Source: Betaproteobacteria bacterium (GTDB taxonomy: Bacteria > Pseudomonadota > Gammaproteobacteria > Burkholderiales > Burkholderiaceae_C). Taken from it: 40,415 nucleotides of DNA. The stretch lies in NCBI GenBank assembly GCA_031419315.1, contig JANOKR010000580.1:1-40415 (forward strand), given 5' to 3'. This document shows positions 17,288 to 26,137 of the stretch, piece by piece (positions within the stretch are counted from its first letter, which is position 1; the number at the start of each line of letters is the position of its first letter). The notes under the pieces are model-generated. The model did no database searches. It was not told where the DNA came from and worked only from the letters and a program-made list of their open reading frames with translations. Both the position numbers and the translations under genes were made by a program.

Positions 17288-18234
17288 ACTACGCCCTTGT
17301 CGGTGCGTTTGTGCTCGCGCTCGGCGCGGCGCTGATCGCCGGCGCGCTCTGGCTGGCCGCGGGCGGCGCGACACGGCAGGCCTACGACCTGTACCTGGCC
17401 CTCGTCGACGAGTCGGTGGCCGGGCTGAACCTGAACGCGCCGGTCAAGTACAACGGCGTCGACGTCGGCAAGGTCAAGGGCATCCAACTCGATGCCGCCA
17501 ACCCCGAACGGGTGCGGCTGACCTTTGCCATCGAGCGTGGCACGCCGATCCGTGAAGACACCGTCGCGGTCTTGAAGACCCAGGGGCTGACGGGCATCGC
17601 GTATGTCGAGCTCGGTGGCGGTACACGCGATTCGCGGCCTTTGCGGGCGACAGCGCAAGAGCCGTATCCGGTGATCCAGACCAAGCCGTCGCTGTCTGCG
17701 CGGCTGGAAAACGTGCTCACCAACGTGCTTGCAAAACTCGATAGCACGTCGAGCAATATCGACGCGCTGCTCAGCGCCGAAAACCGCAAGGCTTTCAGCA
17801 GCGCGCTGGCCGACATTGCCGTCGTCTCGCGCACGCTGGCCGCGCGCAAGGACACGCTTGACGCGGGCATCCAGAACGCGGCGCGCACTTTCGATAACGG
17901 CGCGCGGGTGACGGCGCAACTCGGCCCGGTGATCGAGCGCATCGGGCGCAGCGCCGACGCCGTCGAGAAGCTCGGCAACGAGGCAACCTTGGCCAGCACC
18001 CGTGCGGGCAAGACGGTCGAAGCGGTCGGCGCCGAAGTCCAGCGCATCAGTGGTGACATCAGCGCCGACACCCTGCCGCAGCTGCAGCACTTGCTGGTCG
18101 AGCTGAACCTGCTGTCGGGCTCGCTGCGGCGGCTGACCCAACAGACCGAACGCAACCCCAGCAGCCTGCTGTTCGGCAGCAGCCCGGCGCCGCCGGGCCC
18201 TGGCGAAACCAACCCGCGTGCAAGGCCACCATGA
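17284..18234 (+). CDS. MlaD/MCE family protein
   Basis: 'NYALVGAFV', 'VAGLNLNAPVKYNGVDVGKV', 'QGLTGIAYVEL', helical C-terminus. Confidence 0.92.
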   Translation: MNYALVGAFVLALGAALIAGALWLAAGGATRQAYDLYLALVDESVAGLNLNAPVKYNGVDVGKVKGIQLDAANPERVRLTFAIERGTPIREDTVAVLKTQGLTGIAYVELGGGTRDSRPLRATAQEPYPVIQTKPSLSARLENVLTNVLAKLDSTSSNIDALLSAENRKAFSSALADIAVVSRTLAARKDTLDAGIQNAARTFDNGARVTAQLGPVIERIGRSADAVEKLGNEATLASTRAGKTVEAVGAEVQRISGDISADTLPQLQHLLVELNLLSGSLRRLTQQTERNPSSLLFGSSPAPPGPGETNPRARPP

Positions 18235-18926
18235 ACAACTACCGACTTGTGCGCTGGACTGCGTTGTGCACCATCAGCACGGCGTTGACCCTGATGACGG
18301 CTTGCAGCGCGCTGCGGCCGCCAGCGGTGTTGCCACCGGCGTTTTTTGCCATCGACGGCGGGCGTGCCGCCGGCTTGAGCCTGCCGCGCAAATCGTTGAT
18401 CGGACCGGCCAGCGCGCCGACCCTGGTGATCAACCCGCCGCAGGCCGGTGCGGGCTTCGACAGCCAGCGCATCATCTACATGCGCCAGCCACACCGGCTC
18501 GAATATTTTGCCCACAGCGAGTGGGTCGACACACCGGCGCGCATGCTCGCGCCGCTGATCGTCGCGGCGCTCGACGACAGCGGCGCATTCCGCGCCGTGC
18601 TCGCCATGCCCGGCGCGGCTGCCGGTGACCTGCGCCTGGATACCGAGATCGTGCGCCTGCAGCAGGAGTTCGGCGCAGCGCCCAGCCGTGTGCGCCTGAC
18701 GCTGCGTGCCACGCTCAGCGACAACACCACCCGCGCGGTGCTGGCCCAGGTCGATATCGACAACCTTGCCGATGCCGCCAGCGAAGATGCCTACGGCGGC
18801 GTGGTCGCGGCCAACCACGCCACGCGGGTCACGCTGCAAACACTGGCGGCGCTGTGCCGCCGGGTTGCCGAAGAATGGCAGGCGCGCGATGGCAATGCGG
18901 GCAGGCGCGCCGTCGGCCGCTTGTGA
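18231..18926 (+). CDS. ABC-type transport auxiliary lipoprotein (PqiC-like)
   Basis: Lipobox MTAC, 'FDSQRIIY', 'YFAHSEWVDTPARML'; last gene of the MCE operon. Confidence 0.88.
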   Translation: MNNYRLVRWTALCTISTALTLMTACSALRPPAVLPPAFFAIDGGRAAGLSLPRKSLIGPASAPTLVINPPQAGAGFDSQRIIYMRQPHRLEYFAHSEWVDTPARMLAPLIVAALDDSGAFRAVLAMPGAAAGDLRLDTEIVRLQQEFGAAPSRVRLTLRATLSDNTTRAVLAQVDIDNLADAASEDAYGGVVAANHATRVTLQTLAALCRRVAEEWQARDGNAGRRAVGRL

Positions 18927-18967
18927 GACGCGGCAAACGCAGGCAGCCAACGGCTGCCGGCTGCCGG

Positions 18968-19288
18968 CTAGCGGCCGCGGCCGGGGCGGTCCTGCCAGTT
19001 CGGGATGCCGTCGCCGTCACGGTCCCAGCGGGTCGGCTGCTGGTAGTGGCGATCCTGGTACTGACGATGTTGGTAGACCGGCGCCGGCCGCGAATAGACA
19101 GGGTAGGGCTGCGAATACACCGGATACGACTGCGAATAGCCGTGCTGGGGCTGCGAGTACAGCTGCACGCCGATCGGCCCGCCGATGGTCACCGACCACT
19201 GGACATCGTTTTCGCGTGCCTGGGCCAGGCCGCTGGCGAGTGCGGCCGCCAGGGCCAATCCACCGACGATCCATTTGCTGCTGCGCAG
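18968..19288 (-). CDS. Small secreted Tyr/Pro/Gln-rich protein with DRDGDG motif (probable CTG start)
   Basis: AGGAG RBS 7 nt before in-frame CTG (19288), giving (M)RSSKWIVGGLALAAALASGLAQA; YSQ repeats; WDRDGDGIPN. Confidence 0.7.
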   Translation of the reverse strand: MRSSKWIVGGLALAAALASGLAQARENDVQWSVTIGGPIGVQLYSQPQHGYSQSYPVYSQPYPVYSRPAPVYQHRQYQDRHYQQPTRWDRDGDGIPNWQDRPGRGR

Positions 19289-19447
19289 GATTCAACTCCT
19301 GGTGTGCTTGCTTTGGGTACCGTCCGGGTTGCGGTGCCGCCATCCCAAAACGAGCGGACCAGGTCCGCCGTTAACGCCAATCCTGTCAAGCGCAGGTAAA
19401 GCCGCGTTGCGGCGCGTTTGGGCGGCGCGCCAAAAACCCGGCGCGTC

Positions 19448-19463
19448 CGTCTGCAAGCACACA
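19448..19463 (+). promoter_or_regulatory. Box A for the gene at 19542
   Basis: GTC-CGTCTG-CAAG-CACACA-GAC; CATCCT at 19485-19490 (offset 22). Confidence 0.55.
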
Positions 19464-19541
19464 GACCCAGGCCGCGAAGGGGCCCATCCTGGACCCCACT
19501 TGCGCCGTCATCTGTCTGCTGGCGCGCTTGCGCTCAGCGCC

Positions 19542-20225
19542 ATGTCATCCATACCCCGTCGTCCATTGCCTCGGCACTGGCCATCACGCCCTGCCGCAAG
19601 CATCGGGCTGGGCCTGGCGCTGCTGCTGGTTGGCGGCTGTTCTGCGCTGTCGCCAGCGCCGCCGCAGCTGGTGTTGGTGCGTCAGATGGCAGCACCGGCT
19701 GACGACCCCGCCGCGCTTGCGATGGCCGTGGCCAGTGAAGTCACGGCCCTGCGCGATGGTCTGCGTTCGCCTTGGAGTTCGCCGGTGTTGCTGCCGGTTG
19801 GCGCACGCATGCCGAGCGAGCTGGTGCTGGCCAACCCGCACATTCGGCGCCCCATCGGCCGCGCCGATATCGGCCAGGGTGCGCGCGCGTCGGCCGGCCG
19901 TTCACTGGCGGGTGACGGGCGCGCGGGGGCGGCCGCAGGCGCGGCGCAAGCCGGTGCCGCCTTGGCGCCGGTCTTGTCGATCGGCGGGCGGCTGCGCGTC
20001 ACTGGCGAGCCGCTGTCGGTTGCCGACGCCTACCGCGCGCGCGGCCTGGGTGCGGGCCCGGTGGGGCCGGGCCGCGGCACCCGCTTCGGTGTCGAATGGC
20101 GCCCTGCCAAAGCGACGCTTGGGCTCGAGCATGGCGCGATCGGCATGCAGTTGGAGTCGGGCTACAGACTGTCGCTCAAAGTGCGCCATGGTCGGCCAAG
20201 CCTGTACCTGCGCGGCCGGTTTTGA
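19542..20225 (+). CDS. Hypothetical lipoprotein with beta-rich C-terminus
   Basis: Lipobox-like VGGC; C-terminus 'FGVEWRP...IGMQLESGYRLSLKVRHGRPSLYLRGRF'. Confidence 0.6.
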   Translation: MSSIPRRPLPRHWPSRPAASIGLGLALLLVGGCSALSPAPPQLVLVRQMAAPADDPAALAMAVASEVTALRDGLRSPWSSPVLLPVGARMPSELVLANPHIRRPIGRADIGQGARASAGRSLAGDGRAGAAAGAAQAGAALAPVLSIGGRLRVTGEPLSVADAYRARGLGAGPVGPGRGTRFGVEWRPAKATLGLEHGAIGMQLESGYRLSLKVRHGRPSLYLRGRF

Positions 20226-20272
20226 TCGCATCCCGGGCCGCACGACGCGGTCGATTCAAGCGCCGCAGGTTG

Positions 20273-20288
20273 TGTTCGCCATCGCACT
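20273..20288 (+). promoter_or_regulatory. Box A for the collagen-like / DUF3309 / dehydrogenase / cls operon
   Basis: TGTTCG-CCAT-CGCACT-GAA; TACTCT at 20310-20315 (offset 22). Confidence 0.75.
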
Positions 20289-20301
20289 GAACCGATCGCT
20301 A

Positions 20302-20703
<402 letters not shown>

Positions 20704-20723
20704 TCACCTACTAGGAGCACACC

Positions 20724-20882
20724 ATGAGTTTGGGCACCATCCTGTTGATAGTCCTGGTCCTGATGCTGATCGGCGCTTTTCCAAGCTGGGGCCACAGCAG
20801 GAGCTGGGGCTACGCGCCGACCGGTGGTATCGGTCTGGTGCTCCTGATCGTGGTCGTGCTGCTGGTGATGGGGAAAATTTGA
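20724..20882 (+). CDS. DUF3309-family small membrane protein (52 aa)
   Basis: Manual translation MSLGTILLIVLVLMLIGAFPSWGHSRSWGYAPTGGIGLVLLIVVVLLVMGKI; AGGAG RBS. Confidence 0.9.
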   Translation: MSLGTILLIVLVLMLIGAFPSWGHSRSWGYAPTGGIGLVLLIVVVLLVMGKI

Positions 20883-21949
20883 CGCGCAGCGCTGTCGTGC
20901 TGGCAGCGCTGGCAGCGCTGGCGGTTGTTGCGCTGCTGGCGGCTTGCGGCGACACCGCATTGCTGCCGGTCTCGGCTGGCACCGGTTCTCGACCCGAATT
21001 GCCGGCACCACAGCGGCGTCTGATCCCGACCATCAACATCGCGCCGGCCAATCCCTGGCCGCGTGGTGCCGTGCCGCAGGCGGCCCCGGGGCTGAGTGTT
21101 GCTGCGTTTGCCAACGGCCTGGACCACCCGCGCTGGTTGCTCGTGCTGCCCAACGGCGACGTGCTGGTGGCCGAAACCAACGCGCCGCCAAGCCCCGAAG
21201 TCGCCACGGGGCTCAAGGGCTGCCTGATGCGCCTGGTGATGCAGCGCGCCGGTGCCGGTGCGCCGAGCGCCAACCGCATCACGCTGCTGCGCGACAGCGA
21301 CGGCGACGGTGTCGCCGATTTGCGCTCGGTCTTGATCGAAGGCCTGCACTCGCCTGTCGGCATGACCCTGGTCGACGACGCGCTGTACGTGGCCAACTCC
21401 GACGCGTTGATGCGCTTCCCGTACACGCCCGGTGACACCCGCATCACCGCGCCAGGCCTGCACATGCTGGCGCTGCCAGCGGGCCCGATCAACCGCCACT
21501 GGACAAAAAATCTGATTGCCAACGCCGACGGCAGCAAGCTCTATGTCACCGTCGGCTCGAACAGCAATGTCGGCGAACGTGGCATCGACGCCGAAGCCGG
21601 GCGCGCCGTGATCTGGGAAGTCGACGTCAAGAGCGGTGAGCAGCGCATCTTTGCGCTGGGCCTGGTGTCTGCGCTGGGCAGCATACTGCCCGCGGCGTTC
21701 GCCAACGGCATGTTTGTGGCTGAGCATGGCTCGTGGAACCGGCGCCCGCACAGCGGCTACGAGGTCGGCTTCGTGCCCTTCGCGGCGGGCGTTCCGGCAG
21801 CCCTGCCGGTCGACGTGCTCAGCGGCTTACTCAGCGACGACGGCAAAGCTTTTGGCCGCCCGGTCGGTGTGGCTATTGACAAGACCGGCGCGCTGCTGGT
21901 GGCCGACGACGTCGGCAACACCGTCTGGCGCGTCAGCACGCGGCGCTGA
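20879..21949 (+). CDS. PQQ-dependent sugar / L-sorbosone dehydrogenase family lipoprotein, probably internally deleted
   Basis: 'GLDHPRWLLVLPNGDVLVAET', 'LYVTVGSNSNVGE', 'HGSWNR', 'GRPVGVAID...LLVADDVGN'; lacks the usual 'GLRNP...DY...YGWP' segment. Confidence 0.8.
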   Translation: MTRSAVVLAALAALAVVALLAACGDTALLPVSAGTGSRPELPAPQRRLIPTINIAPANPWPRGAVPQAAPGLSVAAFANGLDHPRWLLVLPNGDVLVAETNAPPSPEVATGLKGCLMRLVMQRAGAGAPSANRITLLRDSDGDGVADLRSVLIEGLHSPVGMTLVDDALYVANSDALMRFPYTPGDTRITAPGLHMLALPAGPINRHWTKNLIANADGSKLYVTVGSNSNVGERGIDAEAGRAVIWEVDVKSGEQRIFALGLVSALGSILPAAFANGMFVAEHGSWNRRPHSGYEVGFVPFAAGVPAALPVDVLSGLLSDDGKAFGRPVGVAIDKTGALLVADDVGNTVWRVSTRR

Positions 21950-21965
21950 CAATCAACCGGCCACG

Positions 21966-23381
21966 ATGTCGAAGTCACTTCGAACCGTGGCCATGCGCGC
22001 TGGCATCGTGCTGGCCGCATTGGCGTTGGGCAGTTGTGTCGGCTGCAGCAGCCTGCCGCGGATCGTGCCCGGCCTGGCGCGCGGCGCCAGCGCGCCGGTG
22101 CAGTTGCAAGGCGCGCGAGGCCCACTCTCTGCCGCGCAGAGCAAAGCCATTCTTGACGCCCTCGCCAGCCGCAGCCCCAACACCGACATCTTCGAGCGCC
22201 ACCTCGCCTTGGAGGAGGCCATCGTCGGCAGCCCGCTGACCAGCGGCAACCAGGTGCTGCTGCTTCAGGACGGGCCGGCCACGTACCAGGCGATGTTCAA
22301 GGCCATCGAGGCGGCCACGAACCACATCAATATCGCGACCTACATCCTCGACGACGACGAGGTCGGCCAGCGTTTTGCCCAGGCCTTGATGGCCAAGCAG
22401 CGGCAAGGCGTGCAGGTCAATCTGCTGCACGACAGCGTTGGCACCATCGGCACCCCGGCGGCGTTTTTTGCCGAACTCGCCGCCGGCGGCATCAGCGTGC
22501 ATGTATTCAACCCGATCAACCCGCTCGCCGCGCGTGGTGCCTGGCAGTGGAACCAACGCAACCACCGCAAGCTGCTGATCGTCGACGGCAGCATCGCGTT
22601 CCTCGGCGGCATCAACATCAGCAGCGTCTATTCCGGCGGCTCGTTCAAGACCGGCTCGAAGGGGCAGCCAAAAAAAGGCAACGCCGAAAACCCGGCCTGG
22701 CGTGACACCGACCTGCAATTGCAGGGCCCGGTGGTGGCCGAGTTGCAGAAGCTTTTCATCGACGCCTGGGCCAAGCAGAAGGGGCCGCCGCTGGCTGCGA
22801 AGAACTACTTCCCGCCGCCGCAGAACCTGGGCCGCCAGGTGGTGCGCGCCATCGGCAGCTCGCCCGACGAGCCCTTCAGCCTGATCTACGCCACGCTGTT
22901 GTCGGCGATCGGCAGCGCCGAGACCAGCGTGCGCATCACGAATGCCTATTTTGTGCCCGACCCGCAGTTGCTCGACGCGCTCGAAACCGCGGCGAGGCGC
23001 GGCGTCGACGTGACCCTGATCCTGCCCGGCCAGACCGATTCGTGGCTGACCTTTCACGCCGGCAGGCGCAGCTACGAACGTTTGCTGCGCGCCGGTGTCA
23101 AGCTGTTCGAGCGCCGCGGCGTGATCCTGCATTCCAAGACCGCGTTGATCGACGGTGTCTGGGCCACGGTCGGCTCGACCAACCTCGATTGGCGCAGCTT
23201 CCTGCACAACCACGAACTGGACGCGGTGGTGCTTGGCGCGGATTTCGGCCGCCAGGTGCAGGCGATGTTCGACAAGGATCTGGCGGCATCGGACGCGATC
23301 GTGCTTGCGTCGTGGCAACAGCGCTCGCTCGGCCTGCGCGCCAAGGAGTGGTTCGCGCAGGCCTGGGAATACTGGCTCTGA
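21966..23381 (+). CDS. cls: Cardiolipin synthase (PLD family, ClsB-like)
   Basis: Two HKD motifs (HRKLLIVD, HSKTALID), 'AYFVPD', 'GSTNLDWRS'. Confidence 0.9.
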   Translation: MSKSLRTVAMRAGIVLAALALGSCVGCSSLPRIVPGLARGASAPVQLQGARGPLSAAQSKAILDALASRSPNTDIFERHLALEEAIVGSPLTSGNQVLLLQDGPATYQAMFKAIEAATNHINIATYILDDDEVGQRFAQALMAKQRQGVQVNLLHDSVGTIGTPAAFFAELAAGGISVHVFNPINPLAARGAWQWNQRNHRKLLIVDGSIAFLGGINISSVYSGGSFKTGSKGQPKKGNAENPAWRDTDLQLQGPVVAELQKLFIDAWAKQKGPPLAAKNYFPPPQNLGRQVVRAIGSSPDEPFSLIYATLLSAIGSAETSVRITNAYFVPDPQLLDALETAARRGVDVTLILPGQTDSWLTFHAGRRSYERLLRAGVKLFERRGVILHSKTALIDGVWATVGSTNLDWRSFLHNHELDAVVLGADFGRQVQAMFDKDLAASDAIVLASWQQRSLGLRAKEWFAQAWEYWL

Positions 23382-23388
23382 AGCGGCT

Positions 23389-23406
23389 CGTAGGTTGCCA
23401 CCTACG
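23389..23406 (+). promoter_or_regulatory. Box B upstream of the glycine-zipper lipoprotein
   Basis: Perfect palindromic arms CGTAGG-TTGCCA-CCTACG; GTGACG at 23424; CACGAT at 23453. Confidence 0.65.
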
Positions 23407-23538
23407 GCACGACAGCGCGCCGGGTGACGGTGCGACCCGCACTGCACCGATTCACGATCGATGGCCGCCAGGCGAGAGTCCAACCCTGCGCGCCTGCACC
23501 AGGCGCCACAACCATCGCACTTGCGAAGAAGGTCAGCC

Positions 23539-23985
23539 ATGAAATCACGCACTCTCGCCGTCGCCGGTTCTTTTTCGCTGCTGGCGCTCTTCACGGCCTG
23601 CTCGACCAACGCGCCGCGCGTCGACTCCAGCCCCAGCCGCAGCAGCACGGCAGCCAACGAACGCCAGTATGGCAACGTCAGCAGCATCGACGTTGTCGCG
23701 GCGTCATCCCGCGGCGCTGGCGGCGCGGTGCTCGGTGCCGTGATTGGCGCCGTCATCGGCAACCAGGTTGGCAGCGGCAGCGGGCGTGCGGCGGCCACCG
23801 GCCTGGGCGCCGTGGGCGGTGCCGTCATCGGCAGCAACATCGACAAGCGCAACGACAGCGACGTCTACCGCGTCAGCGTGCGCATGGACAACGGCAGCAC
23901 GGGCAGGTTCGACTACGCGAACATCGACGACCTGCGCGTCGGCGACCGGGTGCGGGTTCAGGGCGGGCAGCTGCACCGCATCTGA
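23539..23985 (+). CDS. Glycine zipper 2TM lipoprotein
   Basis: Lipobox FTAC; 'GAVLGAVIGAVIGNQVGSGSGRAAATGLGAVGGAVIG'; 'LRVGDRV'. Confidence 0.9.
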   Translation: MKSRTLAVAGSFSLLALFTACSTNAPRVDSSPSRSSTAANERQYGNVSSIDVVAASSRGAGGAVLGAVIGAVIGNQVGSGSGRAAATGLGAVGGAVIGSNIDKRNDSDVYRVSVRMDNGSTGRFDYANIDDLRVGDRVRVQGGQLHRI

Positions 23986-24087
23986 GTTCGGCACCGGGCT
24001 CGGGCTCGGGCCTGGGCTCGGGCTCGGGTGGCCGCACGCCGTCTCGGGCGTTCCGGCGGTGGTTGACAGGCTTCGGGCCGATTCTAA

Positions 24088-24103
24088 AGTGCGCTGGCGC
24101 ACA
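24088..24103 (+). promoter_or_regulatory. Box A for the gene at 24264
   Basis: AGTGCG-CTGG-CGCACA-GAC; CAAGAT at 24125-24130 (offset 22). Confidence 0.75.
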
Positions 24104-24263
24104 GACTTTTTGCGGCCGGGCGGCCAAGATCCCGGCCTCAACACGATAGTCATGAGTCGCCCGAGATGATCCGCAACATTTTGTCTGGCGACCCCGAGGC
24201 CGCCACCGGGATCAACGCCTGGCCCGGTCGCTGGCTCAGGGCCTTCATGCTGAAGGGTCGGCC

Positions 24264-24632
24264 ATGAACGGATTTCAGACGCTTGATCAAGAGATCTCGA
24301 TCGACGATTGGGATGCGCTGCTGAGCGCTGTCACGTCCCGGCTGCGGCAGACCGTTGGTGGCACCTTCGAGCACCAGCCCAACGGGTCTGCAGCAGCGCT
24401 TCAAGCCACGGTGCTGGAGTGTGTCGACGCGCTCGATCAACTGCACGCCACGCTGCGCACGGCACTGCCACCACCAACACCGATCGATCGCGACCGTGTT
24501 GTGCCCGGCATGCTGGCTGGCGCGTTCACTGGCACGTTCACTGGCGGGTTCACTGGCACCTTGAGTGGCGACACTCCGATGCAGGCCGTCACGCCTGCCG
24601 GGCCCGATCCGGCCGCGCCGGAGCGGCCCTGA
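24264..24632 (+). CDS. Hypothetical helical protein resembling the N-terminus of the GGDEF-like protein
   Basis: 'DDWDALLSAVTSRL...VLECVDALDQL' versus 'GDWDRLFQSASGSL...VLACVAALAQL'. Confidence 0.7.
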   Translation: MNGFQTLDQEISIDDWDALLSAVTSRLRQTVGGTFEHQPNGSAAALQATVLECVDALDQLHATLRTALPPPTPIDRDRVVPGMLAGAFTGTFTGGFTGTLSGDTPMQAVTPAGPDPAAPERP

Positions 24633-25026
24633 CAGCGGCCAGCAGCAACTGCGGCAACACGCCCGCGAGCAGGGTCGGCCCGGACCAGCGCCAAGGTCGG
24701 CACCAGACGATCAACGCGCCGACCGCTGCGGCGCCAGCGACCAGTCCGAGGGGGTGTTTCTGAGCGATCGGTGTGATCGCCGCCGTGGCAGCGGTGGTGG
24801 CCACGATGGTCGTCAGGTGCAGCGGGTGCCGGGCCCACCAGTTCTCGACGATGTCGATCACGATGTGCGCGCCGGGGTGGCCCTTCAGGGCGCCAAACCA
24901 GCCCGGTGCTGTCGACGATGCGGTGGCCGGGCCGGCGGCAGCCGGTGCCGACGCGTGCAGCTCCCGACGCAATTTTTCGCGCGAGCGCAGCAGGCGTTCG
25001 GTCGGTGACGGCGAGTCGGTGTTCAT
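24589..25026 (-). CDS. Hypothetical membrane protein (YqjK-like position)
   Basis: 'RLLRSREKLRREL', 'WWARHP', 'HPLGLVAGAAAVGALIVWCRPWRW'; ATGA-coupled to the upstream gene. Confidence 0.75.
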   Translation of the reverse strand: MNTDSPSPTERLLRSREKLRRELHASAPAAAGPATASSTAPGWFGALKGHPGAHIVIDIVENWWARHPLHLTTIVATTAATAAITPIAQKHPLGLVAGAAAVGALIVWCRPWRWSGPTLLAGVLPQLLLAAVRAAPARPDRARQA

Positions 25027-25406
25027 GCTGCCGCCGCTTCTCGCAGCATCTGCAGGTCGGCCGCGATCTGATCGCGCAGCTTGGCCACTGCGTCGCCTGG
25101 GTCGCCCGCTTTTGCCGCCACGCCAAAGGCCAGGCTGGCGATCAACGGCAGCAGGGGCACGGCGAGCAACGCCCAGGGCGCGCGCAAGGCTGCATCGGGT
25201 GCGGTCACGGCCCAGAGCATCGCGGCCACGCCGGCCAGGCCGACAGCGGCGACGACGCCGCACCAGGCCAGGGCTTGAAGCAATGTGCGGCGCTGCCAGG
25301 CGGCGGTGATGCGCGGCACTTCGGCCGCGACCAGCGCCGCATAGGCCTCGGCGTGCTCGGCCAGCAACTCTGGCCGGGTCGCGATCAGGTGCAACAGCGG
25401 GTGCAT
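25023..25406 (-). CDS. YqjE / holin-like membrane protein
   Basis: 'MHPLLHLIATRPELLAEHAEAY', two TM segments, 'LRDQIAADLQMLRE'. Confidence 0.75.
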   Translation of the reverse strand: MHPLLHLIATRPELLAEHAEAYAALVAAEVPRITAAWQRRTLLQALAWCGVVAAVGLAGVAAMLWAVTAPDAALRAPWALLAVPLLPLIASLAFGVAAKAGDPGDAVAKLRDQIAADLQMLREAAAA

Positions 25407-25421
25407 CGCGACACCGCAGGG

Positions 25422-25802
25422 TTAACCGCGGTCGCGTGAGCGGCTGAGCATGCCGACCAGCGCCATCAATGCGGCGCCGGTTGCCGCGGCGATGAGCATC
25501 GCCTTCAGCGGCTCGTCCTTGATGTACATCACGGTGCGGTCGCTCGCCTGCACTGCGCTGTCGCGCAAGGCTTGCGAGCTGTCGCGCAGCGCGTTCACGC
25601 CGCGCTGGGCATATGCACTGGCCTGTTCACCGGCGCGGTTGAGCAGCGGGGCAGCTTCATGGCGCGCGTCCTGCACGCTGCCGGACAGGCCGTCGAGGGC
25701 GTCATTGGCCAGGCGCTGGGTGGCTTTGATCGCGCTGTCGGCGGCATGCGCCGCTTGATCGACGAGGCCGTTGGGTTGGTCAAGGGGGCGTTGGGTGATC
25801 AT
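25422..25802 (-). CDS. ElaB/YqjD/DUF883-like tail-anchored protein
   Basis: Ala-rich helical body with C-terminal 'YIKDEPLKAMLIAAATGAALMAL'. Confidence 0.85.
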   Translation of the reverse strand: MITQRPLDQPNGLVDQAAHAADSAIKATQRLANDALDGLSGSVQDARHEAAPLLNRAGEQASAYAQRGVNALRDSSQALRDSAVQASDRTVMYIKDEPLKAMLIAAATGAALMALVGMLSRSRDRG

Positions 25803-25835
25803 GGCGGGTCCGTAGAGGTTCGAGGGAAAGGGCGT

Positions 25836-26000
25836 TCAGGCCTTCCTGAGGAGGCCGAACAGGAAGCTGGCGATGGCCAGCACGGCAAACACGACAAAGA
25901 GAATCTTGCCGATGCCCACGGCGCTGGCGGCGATGCCACCGAAGCCGAACAAGGCCGCGATCAAGGCGATGACAAAGAAGACGACGGCGTAGTGCAGCAT
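25836..26000 (-). CDS. DUF1328 (YtjA-like) small membrane protein
   Basis: [35 protein letters not shown]; GGAG RBS. Confidence 0.92.
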   Translation of the reverse strand: MLHYAVVFFVIALIAALFGFGGIAASAVGIGKILFVVFAVLAIASFLFGLLRKA

Positions 26001-26083
26001 CTGGCGACTCCGGTAGGGGCAAACGGTGACCGCAGTCTGCGGGCGCGCCTGCATCGCGGCGATCGGCGGCCGGGCCGCCTTGC

Positions 26084-26124
26084 TGTCAGGCGAGCGAGGG
26101 CCGTCGCGTAGGAGCGCGCCGACA
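26084..26124 (-). promoter_or_regulatory. Box B for the DUF1328-elaB-like operon
   Basis: Plus strand CGTAGG-AGCGCG-CCGACA (26107-26124), plus a third half-site CTGACA (26089-26084) at the N17 spacing; -10 is poor. Confidence 0.65.
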
Positions 26125-26137
26125 GCGCGGCGGCGCC

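Noticed and set aside
19361-19400. Sigma70 promoter (TTGACA on the minus strand) or OmpR-type GTCAA/GTAAA direct repeat
   Set aside because: No acceptable -10 at 16-18 nt, and only a single instance of the repeat.
25023-25406. Prophage holin
   Set aside because: Context is an elaB/yqjD-yqjE-like stress operon; no endolysin or phage structural genes.
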